Of a DNA stretch of 64,000 nucleotides, positions 22,682 to 33,056 are shown one piece after another. Both the position numbers and the translations under genes were made by a program. The stretch spans positions 1,088,001 through 1,152,000 of the forward strand of contig CM000434.1 in assembly GCA_000165345.1 (NCBI GenBank), given 5' to 3'. Every line of letters starts with the position of its first letter. Positions within the stretch are counted from its first letter, which is position 1. A model generated the notes under the pieces. The model did not search any database. It was not told the origin of the DNA and saw only the letters and a list, made by a program, of their open reading frames with translations.

Positions 22682-24490
22682 CTATATAAGTCCTTGTCTG
22701 TACAAATCCTGGAAAGATTTGAGAGGCAAGATATTTCCTTGGGAATCTTCCATTTCAACGTAGTTTTGATCGTCAAATGAAAGGTCTTTTGCCTGCTTAC
22801 AAAGAGCCGAGTAAAGTTCTTGAGCATCCGAAATCTTTGTGATCTCTTTAAAGTGGCAAGTATTTGGAATTCCTAAAGCACTTAGCCCATTAGCGTGTCT
22901 AGTTTCTGAAAAATGTCGCTCAAACGCTCTCCTTCCCCAGTAGCTACAATTTCCGCATATTTCACATTTGAATTCAATTCCCAAACCATTCAGCTTGTAA
23001 AGCCAATATGGCATTGGCCTTCCATCTGGTCCAAGAGGAAGTTTTAAAGGATTATATACTTTCTCTTGAAGCTCATCAAAGTCATCGTCTGAATCTGTAT
23101 CAAACTCCATCTTGTTTGAATCTCGGTCACCTTTTGACTTATTTTTGTTCAAGCAATCATTTAATTCTGTTATTAAAGTCTCCAAGCCACTATTTTCCAT
23201 CTCTAGCTGTTTATCTATCTCCAACTCCTCTCTAGTGCTGCTCTGTAGTTTATTTACATGATCAATTGCTTCTCTTCTTTGTACTGAGAGAAGTTGAGAA
23301 AACTTGCTGACAAAAAATTCTTTTCTAGCTATACTCTTGTCTCTTTCCAAGCTTTCCCCTCTTAATCTATCCTTTTCCTCATTAGGAAGTTCCGTATATT
23401 TGGAGTTTTCTCTACTAAAATGCTTACTTTTAACATGAGAATTGTAAGTCCCTTCCGAAAAAAATAGCTTATCGAAAGGCTTAGAATAGTAAAGCATCTC
23501 ACATGTGGGAACTCTCCAGTCTGATAGCATCCCATTTCTCCACTCCTCCTCAAAATCTTTATTTAGCTCGGTCTGAATTGTTCCTTCATCCAACAAAGGA
23601 TGAATTCTAAGAAAAAAATCCCGCAAATATTCCAATAAATTTGTAATATACTCATCGTAATCATTATCCTTATACTTAAAGTACCTTGGAATACTTGAAA
23701 ACTTATCAAAAACTTTCAAATATGTGTCAAAGTCAATCTCCTCAAAAACTATCCCAGCTTGAGTGCTATTATCCACTGCCTTGCCTTTTCTTCTCAATCT
23801 CTCCAATTCGCCATTAATATAAGTTGCTTCCCTATAGTTCTTTAACTTCTTAAGATTAATATACCTGCTATAATGTTGCTCCAAACATAATCTCCTTCCT
23901 AGGTCCTCTTCTGGAATGAATATATCATCAAGTTTTACTCCTCTAATTGTCTCTATAACTAGTTCCTCCAGAGCCTTTAATCTAATATTGTATTCAGATT
24001 GCCTTATTAGATCATTGGGAACACCTTCTAAAGAATTTGCTGACTTTATTGAACTATAAAAGTTCGTCCATAAAGAATCCTTTGATCCTGACGACTTTGT
24101 GTCTAAAATAATGTAAATTTGATTATTTAGAAATATATTGAAATAATCAAAGTAACTTACCATTTACACTTAAACCTCCAATATAGGAAATCTCACGCTT
24201 CCTCTCCCCAGACTTATCTAAATAAAGAGAAAGTATCTCTTTTGAATTACTTTGAATTCTCAACCCTTTAAACAAAAAACAGTTAATTCAAGTTATACAC
24301 CAATCTAAGGCTCCTGAGAAAACCCAGCAACCCAAATATCTAACTTACCAAGCTGTTTTATTGCAGTTTCAATTACTAATGACGTCACTGAGTCCCTCGG
24401 AAGCTTACCAAAAAGCATCACCACCATCTTCTCTAGAACCTCAGTCTCTTCGCACAAAGACCGACACCTCTCAATAATAAACGAACTCAT
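22682..24490 (-). CDS. SF3A3: splicing factor 3A subunit 3 (SF3a60/PRP9-like) with C-terminal U1-type C2H2 zinc finger; 3 exons
   Basis: Model join(complement(24349..24490), complement(24161..24265), complement(22682..24102)). Exon 1 is MSSFIIERCRSLCEETEVLEKMVVMLFGKLPRDSVTSLVIETAIKQL (compare human METILEQQRRYHEEKERLMDVMAKEM...). Exon 2 is G LRIQSNSKEILSLYLDKSGERKREISYIGGLSVN (compare ...NLRDLYDDKDGLRKEELNAISG). Exon 3 begins DTKSSGSKDSLWTNFYSSIKS and ends ...YWLYKLNGLGIEFKCEICGNCSYWGRRAFERHFSETRHANGLSALGIPNTCHF...LKSFQDLYRQGLI, matching the SF3A3 C-terminus. Introns are GTAAGT...AG, 83 and 58 nt. The ORF-track start MVSYFDY... is intron read-through. Confidence 0.7.
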
Positions 24491-24623
24491 CCCTCCCAAT
24501 TCCCACACAACTCTCCTTGAATGATCTTTAAAAGTTTCCTACTCCCCCTTTAGCTCTAAATAGATACCACTTATTGACTATTTATTTTAAAAACAATTTT
24601 TCCCCTATCAATTTACCTGCAAT

Positions 24624-24636
24624 TTTGGCGGGAAAT
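24624..24636. promoter_or_regulatory. TTTTGGCGGGAAA E2F-like motif in the SF3A3/RFT1 divergent promoter
   Basis: The motif is 40 bp upstream of the RFT1 ATG (24675) and 135 bp upstream of the SF3A3 ATG (24490, minus). Confidence 0.45.
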
Positions 24637-24674
24637 ACTCAAGGCTAGCATGAAGAGGAATAAAAAGAATAAGA

Positions 24675-26348
24675 ATGAAATTAGGAGGAATTCCACTTAA
24701 AGAAGTATTATTTCAGAGATGTGACTCTGCTTTATTAGGAGCGTTTCTTTTTGTGGCTGGAAGTGTGGTCTCAAAACTTTCAAGCTTTGTTCTTAATATC
24801 TACCTTGCAAAGAAGATAGATCCTGAGTTATTTGGAATTGGATTTGTAAGTATCGCGCTCATTACAAACTTATCTCAATCCCTGAACAAGAAATGCTTCC
24901 GAAGAGTGGCTCTTTCTGAACCTATTGGTTCTGTTACAGAAGAAAGCCTTCGTCGTGCAAATATCCAAAGTAGCATCAACATTTGTTGGCTTTCCATTAT
25001 ATCAACATGTATTCTTTCCCTAATATTGAGTCTAATTTGGATAGCTCATCCTCCTTCAAGCATAATTTTAGACCGTGAACTTGTCAGACAGTTCAATATT
25101 TCTGTAATTCTGACAGGATTCTCATCTATTGTGGAATCAATCTCCGAGCCTTTGATCTTTAATCTAATTAGAAAAGAGCAGGTATTCCTCAGAAGTGTCA
25201 TTGAAATACTATCTGGAACTTCTAAGAGCATATTACTTATGTCTATAGTAATGTTCAAAAGCTCCAATTTAGATATCCTTTACTATTCTATTGGGCAGTT
25301 TATATATTCTTTAATATTTCTTTCTTCAACTTTATTTGCTTGTTTCAAGACTTTTGGCCAGACTAAGGAAATAATCCTGCTTCCAAGGTCCCTAGGGTCC
25401 TCTTCTAAGTCTCAGTTTTTCCTAGAAAACCATAAAAGCATCCTTAAACAGCAAATTCTTGTTAGTATACAATCTACTGTTTTACAAGAAACCGACAAAA
25501 TCCTTGTACTACACCTTTTCTCAGCCAAAGAATGGAGTGACTACGGGGTTATTTCTAACCTCGCAAACATTGTTACAAGAGTCTTGCTTGCTCCAATTGA
25601 AGAAATTTCTGCAGAACGCTTCAAAGAAGTCAAACTTGAGACTAATCATAACAAGTCACTAAGCCACCTACAAACAAATCTCGCCCCACTTAGAGAACTC
25701 TTATTCTTCTCTACATCCATTGGATTCATTGCAATATGTTTTGGTCCACCAATCTCTAAAAGTCTTATCAGCATTCTATTTGGTCCAAAATGGGTAAGAC
25801 CTGAAAATATTCAACTTTTTTCTGCAAATATTTACACCCTTGGAATACTCTCCATACATGGAATTCTTGAAACTTTTATGCTTTCTTTAGGCGGCAATCA
25901 TCAAATTTCTGCATACCGGCGTTTTTCTATTACCATGTATTGCATGCATGTGGCATTCATGCTGGTTTTACGCAGTGGCGGTTGCATGGCACTCCTGATT
26001 AGTAATGGACTTGTTATGCTTTTGCAAGTTTTCTATTACCTCTCATTTATATTTAGCCTAATAAATCCAGCACTTCCTAGTCAAGAGCCCAGAAAGATCT
26101 TCCATTCCTTCTTGAACCTCCTTGTTGAAAAAGGCTCCAGACGTATTTACCTTGCCTTCCTATTTGGGGGACTGATACAAAGATGCCTAATTCACCAAAT
26201 TAGAGCGTATTCAGAGCTCAAGAAACTTATCCAAAATGACTTTTGCGAACTGTTGGTTAGCTCTCTGATTGCATTATGTTCTCTAATTATCTCCATTCCT
26301 TCAATCCTCCAAATTCTTAAAAAATCACACACTGATAAACATAAATGA
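24675..26348 (+). CDS. RFT1: RFT1-like multi-pass membrane protein (oligosaccharide-lipid flippase family, MOP superfamily)
   Basis: ATG at 24675. It is 557 aa with more than 10 hydrophobic spans. The N-terminal LLGAFLFVAGSVVSKLSSFVLNIYLAKKIDPELFGIGFVSIAL resembles the Rft1 N-terminus (...LTFLLNTLLVRFLSPRIFGI...). Confidence 0.5.
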   Translation: MKLGGIPLKEVLFQRCDSALLGAFLFVAGSVVSKLSSFVLNIYLAKKIDPELFGIGFVSIALITNLSQSLNKKCFRRVALSEPIGSVTEESLRRANIQSSINICWLSIISTCILSLILSLIWIAHPPSSIILDRELVRQFNISVILTGFSSIVESISEPLIFNLIRKEQVFLRSVIEILSGTSKSILLMSIVMFKSSNLDILYYSIGQFIYSLIFLSSTLFACFKTFGQTKEIILLPRSLGSSSKSQFFLENHKSILKQQILVSIQSTVLQETDKILVLHLFSAKEWSDYGVISNLANIVTRVLLAPIEEISAERFKEVKLETNHNKSLSHLQTNLAPLRELLFFSTSIGFIAICFGPPISKSLISILFGPKWVRPENIQLFSANIYTLGILSIHGILETFMLSLGGNHQISAYRRFSITMYCMHVAFMLVLRSGGCMALLISNGLVMLLQVFYYLSFIFSLINPALPSQEPRKIFHSFLNLLVEKGSRRIYLAFLFGGLIQRCLIHQIRAYSELKKLIQNDFCELLVSSLIALCSLIISIPSILQILKKSHTDKHK

Positions 26349-26350
26349 GC

Positions 26351-26370
26351 TTTGGCGGAATTAGGCGCCA
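26351..26370. promoter_or_regulatory. tandem E2F-like motifs tttggcggaattaggcgcca in the 50-bp RFT1-SAC3 intergenic spacer
   Basis: The motifs lie between the RFT1 stop (26346-26348) and the SAC3-like ATG (26399). Confidence 0.4.
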
Positions 26371-26398
26371 ATGACTTTTAAATATCGGGGCCAAAGCA

Positions 26399-28474
26399 AT
26401 GGGAAAATTGATTCCAAAAGAATATATGAATCAACAAATTCCGGGCGACCAGTCATCTCTAATTACTGGGTTTCGTGTCGGTAGTAGAGCTATTAGAGGT
26501 TGGAATCAGCCCAACACTGGTTCCCAAGCCTCTTCTATGCAAACAGTGTCTCAGGGAGCCCAAGACATACGGAATACTGATGCCTCTAACCAAGGAATCC
26601 CGGCATCAACCCAGAAATCTTTAGAAGACTGGTACAAAGCTCACTATTACGATTATTACTTTAAGGCATACAAGACAAATGGTCTGGATGATGCTACATC
26701 TTCCCAGTACGCTCAAAGTTGCGTGAATGAGTTAGAAAGGACCGGTTACATTAAAAATGCTATTCAAGCACAAAGTGAAATGGGGCAACAGCCCACCTCA
26801 AACCCTAGGGAGTTTAGGGAGCAGAAACAAAGACACCAAAGGAACTCTGTACATGCTGAAGAGATGAAACAATTTCACAATTCGTCAAGTCCAGTAAATA
26901 AGTCCAAAGGTTTACAAAATTGGATATACAGATTATTCAGTACTTATAGATCGAATGGAACATCAAAAGAAGATATTGAGTGGAATCAAAAGCTTTCTGC
27001 ATATTCTCAGCATATTTCTGAACGTTATAGGAACTCCAATAAGGTCATTGATTGGGAACTTCAAAACCTTCCCAAGAGAGAAGTTATTCAGAACTTTAAA
27101 CTCAAAGCTTCTGATCAAAGTGAGGATTCTAACTCCACCAACGAAGCTATATCTAATTTTTCGAATCTACCAAAACTAACCCCGTCTTCTTCAAAAAGAA
27201 GGTTTAGCCCTCAACTTGAGACTGAGCTTAAAAAAGATGAAGCGAACTCTTCCACCTATATAAACGAAAAAAACTTTCCTCCTCTCAAGAGTAAAAGAGT
27301 GAAAGAAACCCATGTTACTGATCAAGAGAAAGATACAAAGCATAATAAACACTTAAAACAAAAAAAACATGGCAAAAATGCTGGTAACTTAATTGGTAAT
27401 GAGTCGGCATCCCCTCCAAATAAAATAGAGTCTGCCTCAAAAGGCTTTAGTTTCTCTTCACAATCATCAAACCAACATAATTCCCTTTCAACATTTGGTT
27501 TTCAAATTTCTCCAAATATTCAATCTGGTTGCTCTGAGGGAGATGGTTATATTTTAGATGCAAATGGTAATAAGAGACTTTCTTGGCAACAAATTTTGGC
27601 TCTTGGTAAAAGTACTGAGAAGATTGTTGGACTCTCAAATGCTTTAGAGAAGCAATATCTTAGACTTACATCTTCTCCAGACCCCAATTTAGTCAGACCA
27701 GAACATATTTTAAAGAAATCTCTCGACTTTGTTTACAATAATTATATAAAATATTCCAGTTCCAAAACTTCTTTAAATAACCAAAAGCAGAAAAAGTACG
27801 ATTGGAAATACTTAGAAGAGCAATTTAGATCTATTCGCCAGGATTTAACTGTTCAAGGAATTAAAAATCTATTCACCATCCATGTTTACGAACTTAATGC
27901 AAGAGTTGCCTTGGAAAATCATGATCTTGGCCAGTTCAATCAATGCCAAGCACGTCTGAAAGAACTTTATTCACTTGGAATTGTGGAATTTGAAGGTTCA
28001 AACAGAGAGGAATTCTTGTGTTATTATATTATTTACGTTACTCTTCAAAATATGAAAGCTGATCTGATTCGTGTTTTAGATGAAGCACAACCATTCAAGA
28101 ACTGCAAAGGGATTTTATTTGCAATTCAGGTCTGTAAAGCAATTATGGAAGGTAACTATTGCAGATACTTTAAGCTATGTAAAAAAGCTCCTTGGAAATC
28201 CAGATACTTATTTGAGATCTTCCGTAATAGACAGCTTATTATAGCTCTCACTACTATGACTAAAGCTTTCCGCTTTATTGAGATCTCTGTACTTACTTCC
28301 TCTCTTGGGTTTGAGTCCAATTTTGATTGTCATAAATTCTTGACTTCTCAAAAGGCAGTTTTTGTCCACCCAAATTCTTCAATTAATGAACTAAAGCTCG
28401 ACTGTAAAGCAAGTTTTACCGTATTTTCATCTTCACCTCTTTTATTAAATAGAAAGGTCCAGGCGCTTGGATAA
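26399..28474 (+). CDS. SAC3/GANP-domain protein (LENG8/Thp3-like)
   Basis: ATG at 26399. The C-terminal third, ...KYDWKYLEEQFRSIRQDLTVQGIKNLFTIHVYELNARVALENHDLGQFNQCQARLKELY...ILFAIQVCKAIMEGNYCRYFKLC..., fits the SAC3/GANP family pattern (RQDL...V.E.HARIALE.GD..EFNQCQ). Confidence 0.5.
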   Translation: MGKLIPKEYMNQQIPGDQSSLITGFRVGSRAIRGWNQPNTGSQASSMQTVSQGAQDIRNTDASNQGIPASTQKSLEDWYKAHYYDYYFKAYKTNGLDDATSSQYAQSCVNELERTGYIKNAIQAQSEMGQQPTSNPREFREQKQRHQRNSVHAEEMKQFHNSSSPVNKSKGLQNWIYRLFSTYRSNGTSKEDIEWNQKLSAYSQHISERYRNSNKVIDWELQNLPKREVIQNFKLKASDQSEDSNSTNEAISNFSNLPKLTPSSSKRRFSPQLETELKKDEANSSTYINEKNFPPLKSKRVKETHVTDQEKDTKHNKHLKQKKHGKNAGNLIGNESASPPNKIESASKGFSFSSQSSNQHNSLSTFGFQISPNIQSGCSEGDGYILDANGNKRLSWQQILALGKSTEKIVGLSNALEKQYLRLTSSPDPNLVRPEHILKKSLDFVYNNYIKYSSSKTSLNNQKQKKYDWKYLEEQFRSIRQDLTVQGIKNLFTIHVYELNARVALENHDLGQFNQCQARLKELYSLGIVEFEGSNREEFLCYYIIYVTLQNMKADLIRVLDEAQPFKNCKGILFAIQVCKAIMEGNYCRYFKLCKKAPWKSRYLFEIFRNRQLIIALTTMTKAFRFIEISVLTSSLGFESNFDCHKFLTSQKAVFVHPNSSINELKLDCKASFTVFSSSPLLLNRKVQALG

Positions 28475-28577
28475 AGAAAATTCGTTCTTTCCTTGCTTAG
28501 ACTTTCGAATTGGCTAGAAACATATGCTTGTATGCTCCATTTAGCTCCATTAACTAAGTAATTTTAAGTTATTGAGA

Positions 28578-31500
28578 TTACTCTTGTAATATTTTCTCAG
28601 GCACTGAGTCCTTGTAACTTACCTCCAAATGTGTCCCTTGTTCAGATATTGTACTTCCTCCATTTTCTGGATCTTCACCTAACAGAAATATTCGATCACA
28701 ATTTTGAATAGTCCCTAGTCTATGGGTTATTAAAAGAATGGTTGAATTCTTCTTTTTAGAATAAGAATATATTGATTTCATAATAAAAGCTTCATTTTCG
28801 ATATCTAAAGATGCTGTTGGTTCATCTAAAATGAGAACTGGAGAATTCTTAATAAAAGCTCTTGCTAAATTAATCCTTTGTTTCTGTCCCACAGAAAGTT
28901 CGGTACCTCCTTCCCCAACCTAAAATATTGTTATTGATTATTATTTAATTTAACTTCCTCTCAACTTTAACTTACCTTTGTCTCAAAGCCTTCCGGAAGA
29001 TCCATAATGAAATCATAAGCTTGAGCCATTTTTGTTGCCTCTTCCACCTCTTCCATAGATGCATCCATCCTCCCTAATAGTATGTTTTCTTGAATAGTAC
29101 CGGAAAATAATATGGGGTTCTGTTGTACATAAGATATTGAAGATCTGAGTTTTCCCACATCTAGATCATTCAAATCAATTGAATCAATGAGAATTGAGGA
29201 TCTTTCACCAAAATATTGATCAATCTTTTCATTCCTAGTTTCTTCTGAAAATTGAGAACTAATTGGATAAAATCTCTCCAAAAGTTCAAAAATAGTACTT
29301 TTCCCTGATCCACTTTTACCAACAACTGCAACAAATTCTCCACTATTAATTGCAAAACTAACTCTGGAAAGGACCAAGTTATCAATATTGTCTGAATAAC
29401 TAAAGAAGACATTCTTAAAGACTATCTCGCCTTTTCTAAGCTCAATTTCTTCCGAGTCATAAGTATTAAAATCTCCTCTGGCTAAGAGATTATCCAGTTT
29501 ATTGGGAGTTATTGTAGCAAATTCTCTGGCTTTAATAAACTTTCCCAGTCTTTGTAATTTAGTCTTCATTTTCCCATCAAGAATGGATTTTCCTGATCTT
29601 TTATCTCTTGCTAAAGAGAAGTCTTTAAGACATCTCTCATTTATACTAACAAAGCACTTATTTCTTACAATAGGATCTCTATCTATGTAAGAAAAGATTT
29701 TGTTAGCTGATACTTTAGCCTTCTTCTTATCAGTAGCGTATATCTGAGACCTACAAACTGAAGCTGCTGTTAATATTAGAACCAAAATAGTTTGAACAAG
29801 TTCTCCTAATCCAATCTTTTTTTCAACTGTCATCTTGCTACCATACCATAAACCGAAGCTTTGAGCAGTATTTTGAATTGCTTGACCAAAACCCCAGCAA
29901 AGTCCAAGAATATGAGAATCCATTGTTCCTTTAAAATACTCATAACGAGTACTTCTTCTATATTTCTTGATGAAATCTTGTTGTAGATTGAAAAGCTTAA
30001 TAATAGTATGCATCTGTAGAACTTCTTGTAAATAATGAATAGACTGTTTTCGAGAACCCTCAGAATTGGTATTTTCAAAATCCCTGTTTGTACTTCCTTT
30101 AATAACCTTAGATTGAGCATATCCTGTTGGAATTAAAAATATAAAAAATCCAAGAATGACAGTTGTAAGTTCTAGTGAACTTGTAAAAGATATCGTAAGA
30201 CCAAGAAGAACTGTGACAATATTTTGGGTATAGAGTCCAATATTCTCTCCAACTAAACTTTTTGTTAATCTGGTATCTTCTGCTAAAACCTCACAGAGCT
30301 TAATTGCACTTTGATTTGGTTGCTCATGGAATTTAATATCTTGGTACAGCATTGAATAGAAGCATTCTGCTCTCAGTCTCTTAATTAGACGTTCTCCTGA
30401 AATTTGGAGGAATGAATTTTGTGCAAAAGTTGTCAAAAAGATTAGGATTGCTAAAAAAAGAAAGTAAAGGCTGTATTTACCTGTTTCAGTTCTAACCAAT
30501 TCTGAAGTTGGAAGGACCCCTGAAGTCACGAATTTCCCGATCAAATATCCCATAAGAGGAAAAGTAGCACCTTGTACTGAAGCAGAAATAATCCCCAAAA
30601 TGAGAAAATGAATATCTTTTTTGAGTAATAATAATAGCTTGAAGGATGAAACCTTTGGAAGTTTCATGGACAAAGCCTTCAAGTTATCATTGAAAAGGTC
30701 TTTTACCATTAAACTGTAGTCTCTTGTATCTTTATGTGCAATACATAGTCCTTGATTGAGACTCTCAAGGCTGCTAACTGATTGACGCCTGAAAATGCTT
30801 TTGCTGGAATTATTAGAGTAGAAAGTTGCTAATTTCTGGAATGTTTTATCGCTCGATGAGGTTAATAATTGAGGTTTGTTTTGGGTCCAACCATCCAAAC
30901 TCCCTTCATTTAATTTAAGAATAAGATTAGAATAAATTCCATTGCTTAGAGTTGCTAGCTCAGATCTGGAGCCTTGTTCAACAACCCTAATACCATTATT
31001 TGGAGTAGTATCCAGTACAACTAACTGGTCTGCAAAACCAATTGTTTGTAGTCTATGAGCTATCATGATTACAGTTATTCCTCTATCCGATATGTGTTTT
31101 TGGAATTCTTGTGTAAACAATGACTCAGTTTTGACATCTAATCCAGATGTAGCTTCATCTAAGATGATGACTGAAGAATTCCTTATAATAGCTCTTGCAA
31201 TTGCAATTCTTTGTCTCTGTCCACCACTTAGAAGGCCTCCTTCATTTCCTACAAGAGTTTCCAGTCCATCCCGGAAAGAATTGACAAAATCCCAAGCCTG
31301 AGACAATCTAAGAGCATTTTCAATCTCTTTTTCAGTTGCATTTTCATTTCCATACAAAATATTTTGACGAATAGTATCATTGAATAACTTACTTTCTTGA
31401 TCCACAATTGTGATTTGTTCCCTTAGAAAAGCCAAATCATACTTTTTAATATTTAATCCATCTAGAAGTATCTTTCCTTTATCTGGATCATATAGTCTAA

Positions 31501-32818
31501 GTATTAGCTTTAAAATACTTGATTTCCCACATCCACTTCCACCAATTAATGCTGTAGTCTTCCCAGATTGAAGTTCTAAGTTGAAGTCTTTGAGTATAAT
31601 CTTATTAGTTCCAGGATAACTAAATGATACATCTTTAAACTTAAACTCTCCATTTATCTTTTTAAATTTCACAGATTCTTTTTGATTTCTAACTTTGGGT
31701 TTTTTGAATAACTTTCCAAGTTCTTTAAAAGCAACTGAACCCTTTACTAAACTCCCTAAAGAAGGAGTAGATTGTCCAAGAGCAATGGAAGCGTTAGTAA
31801 TGACAAAAAAGATGCTAAATACATTTGCAACAGTAAAGCATTTTAAATCATCGAAAAAAGTACATCCTGAATCCATAGAATCTGCAACTAACACTCCTCC
31901 ATACCAAAATCCAAGAGAGTAAGATGAGAATATGACCAAAGAAACAATACCAATTCCAAAAGAAACAAATACGGACGCTTTTTGACCCACATTTTCAACT
32001 TCTGTAATTACTTTATAGTATTTATTAAACATAATAGACTCCAGACAATAAGATTTAACCAGTTTAATATTATTAAAAGTTTCAAATGCCAAAGCTCCAG
32101 ACTTGGAATAGACTCTCTGAGTAGTGGTTCCCCAAGATCTGTGTATCTTAGTTATTAAGAATCCAGCTGCTGCTACTATTGGAAGAGAAGCAGACATTAC
32201 AAGTGCCATCTTCCATCCTCTGTAGAAACCCACAATAAAGCCAAATAAAAATTGTGAGACATTTGATATAAGCTGGGAAAACTTTATTCCATATCCCTCT
32301 CTAATTAAAGCACAATTTGCTATAATCTTAGAAGATACAGAACCACAGTCATTATCTCTATGCCAGTCCTCATCCATTTGTAAAATATACTGAAAGCTTT
32401 CCCTTTTAATATCCTTAACAAATTTTTCAGCAAGACTCTCAAAAATGGCAATTGAAAGCCATCCTGAAAAGAATGAATTGAGAGTTACTCCGATTAAATA
32501 GTATATATACCGCATAAAATCATTATATTGGTCTTCAGTATAGTTTGGGGTTAGAGGTATTTTTTGTAATGCTAACCCAAAATAAAGCAAAAATAGAGGA
32601 ATAGAGATTCCACTCAATACACTCATAATAAAGCCTATTACAACTTTCCAAAAGTTATGTAAGCTAAAAAACTTAGCCTCAAACTTAATTTCGTTCTCAA
32701 TATTATCATTCTCTCCTAAATCATTACTTTTCTCAAAGGTTTTATTGCCTTCAACATCTTCATTATTATCCTTAACATGAACGTGGGACTCCGCTCCTTC
32801 AACTTCTAATGGCTTCAT
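28578..32818 (-). CDS. full-length ABC transporter, ABCB (MDR/P-glycoprotein-like): TMD-NBD-TMD-NBD; 2 exons
   Basis: Model join(complement(28976..32818), complement(28578..28919)). NBD1 has Walker A GGSGCGKSS and LSGGQRQRIAIARA. NBD2 has Walker A GKSGSGKST. A 56-nt intron (GTAAGT at plus 28970-28975, acceptor AG at plus 28920-28921) lies immediately upstream of the NBD2 ABC signature. Exon 2 begins VGEGGTELSVGQKQRINLARAFIKNSPVLILDEPTASLD...ITHRL. Confidence 0.75.
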
Positions 32819-32895
32819 ATGTGTATAAGTGGGGAGTAATGCTCACAAACTGTTCTACATGCGTAAAAATTAACTGCATGCAAACATTATCGTAT

Positions 32896-32907
32896 TTAGG
32901 CGCCAAC
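32896..32907. promoter_or_regulatory. ttaggcgccaac E2F-like motif upstream of the ABC transporter gene
   Basis: The motif is 80 bp upstream of the minus-strand ATG at 32818, adjacent to ctgcatgcaaac (about 32873). Confidence 0.4.
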
Positions 32908-33056
32908 ATGCGAATGGAAAGAGCAGAAAACAATTAGAAAGTGGACAAAAGAGAAAAATGGGAAATCTTTTAACTATATTATAGAATTAAAATGAGAGGA
33001 AAACATATATAAATTTTGTCTACGTAATAGATATATACCCGAATTGTTTAATATTC

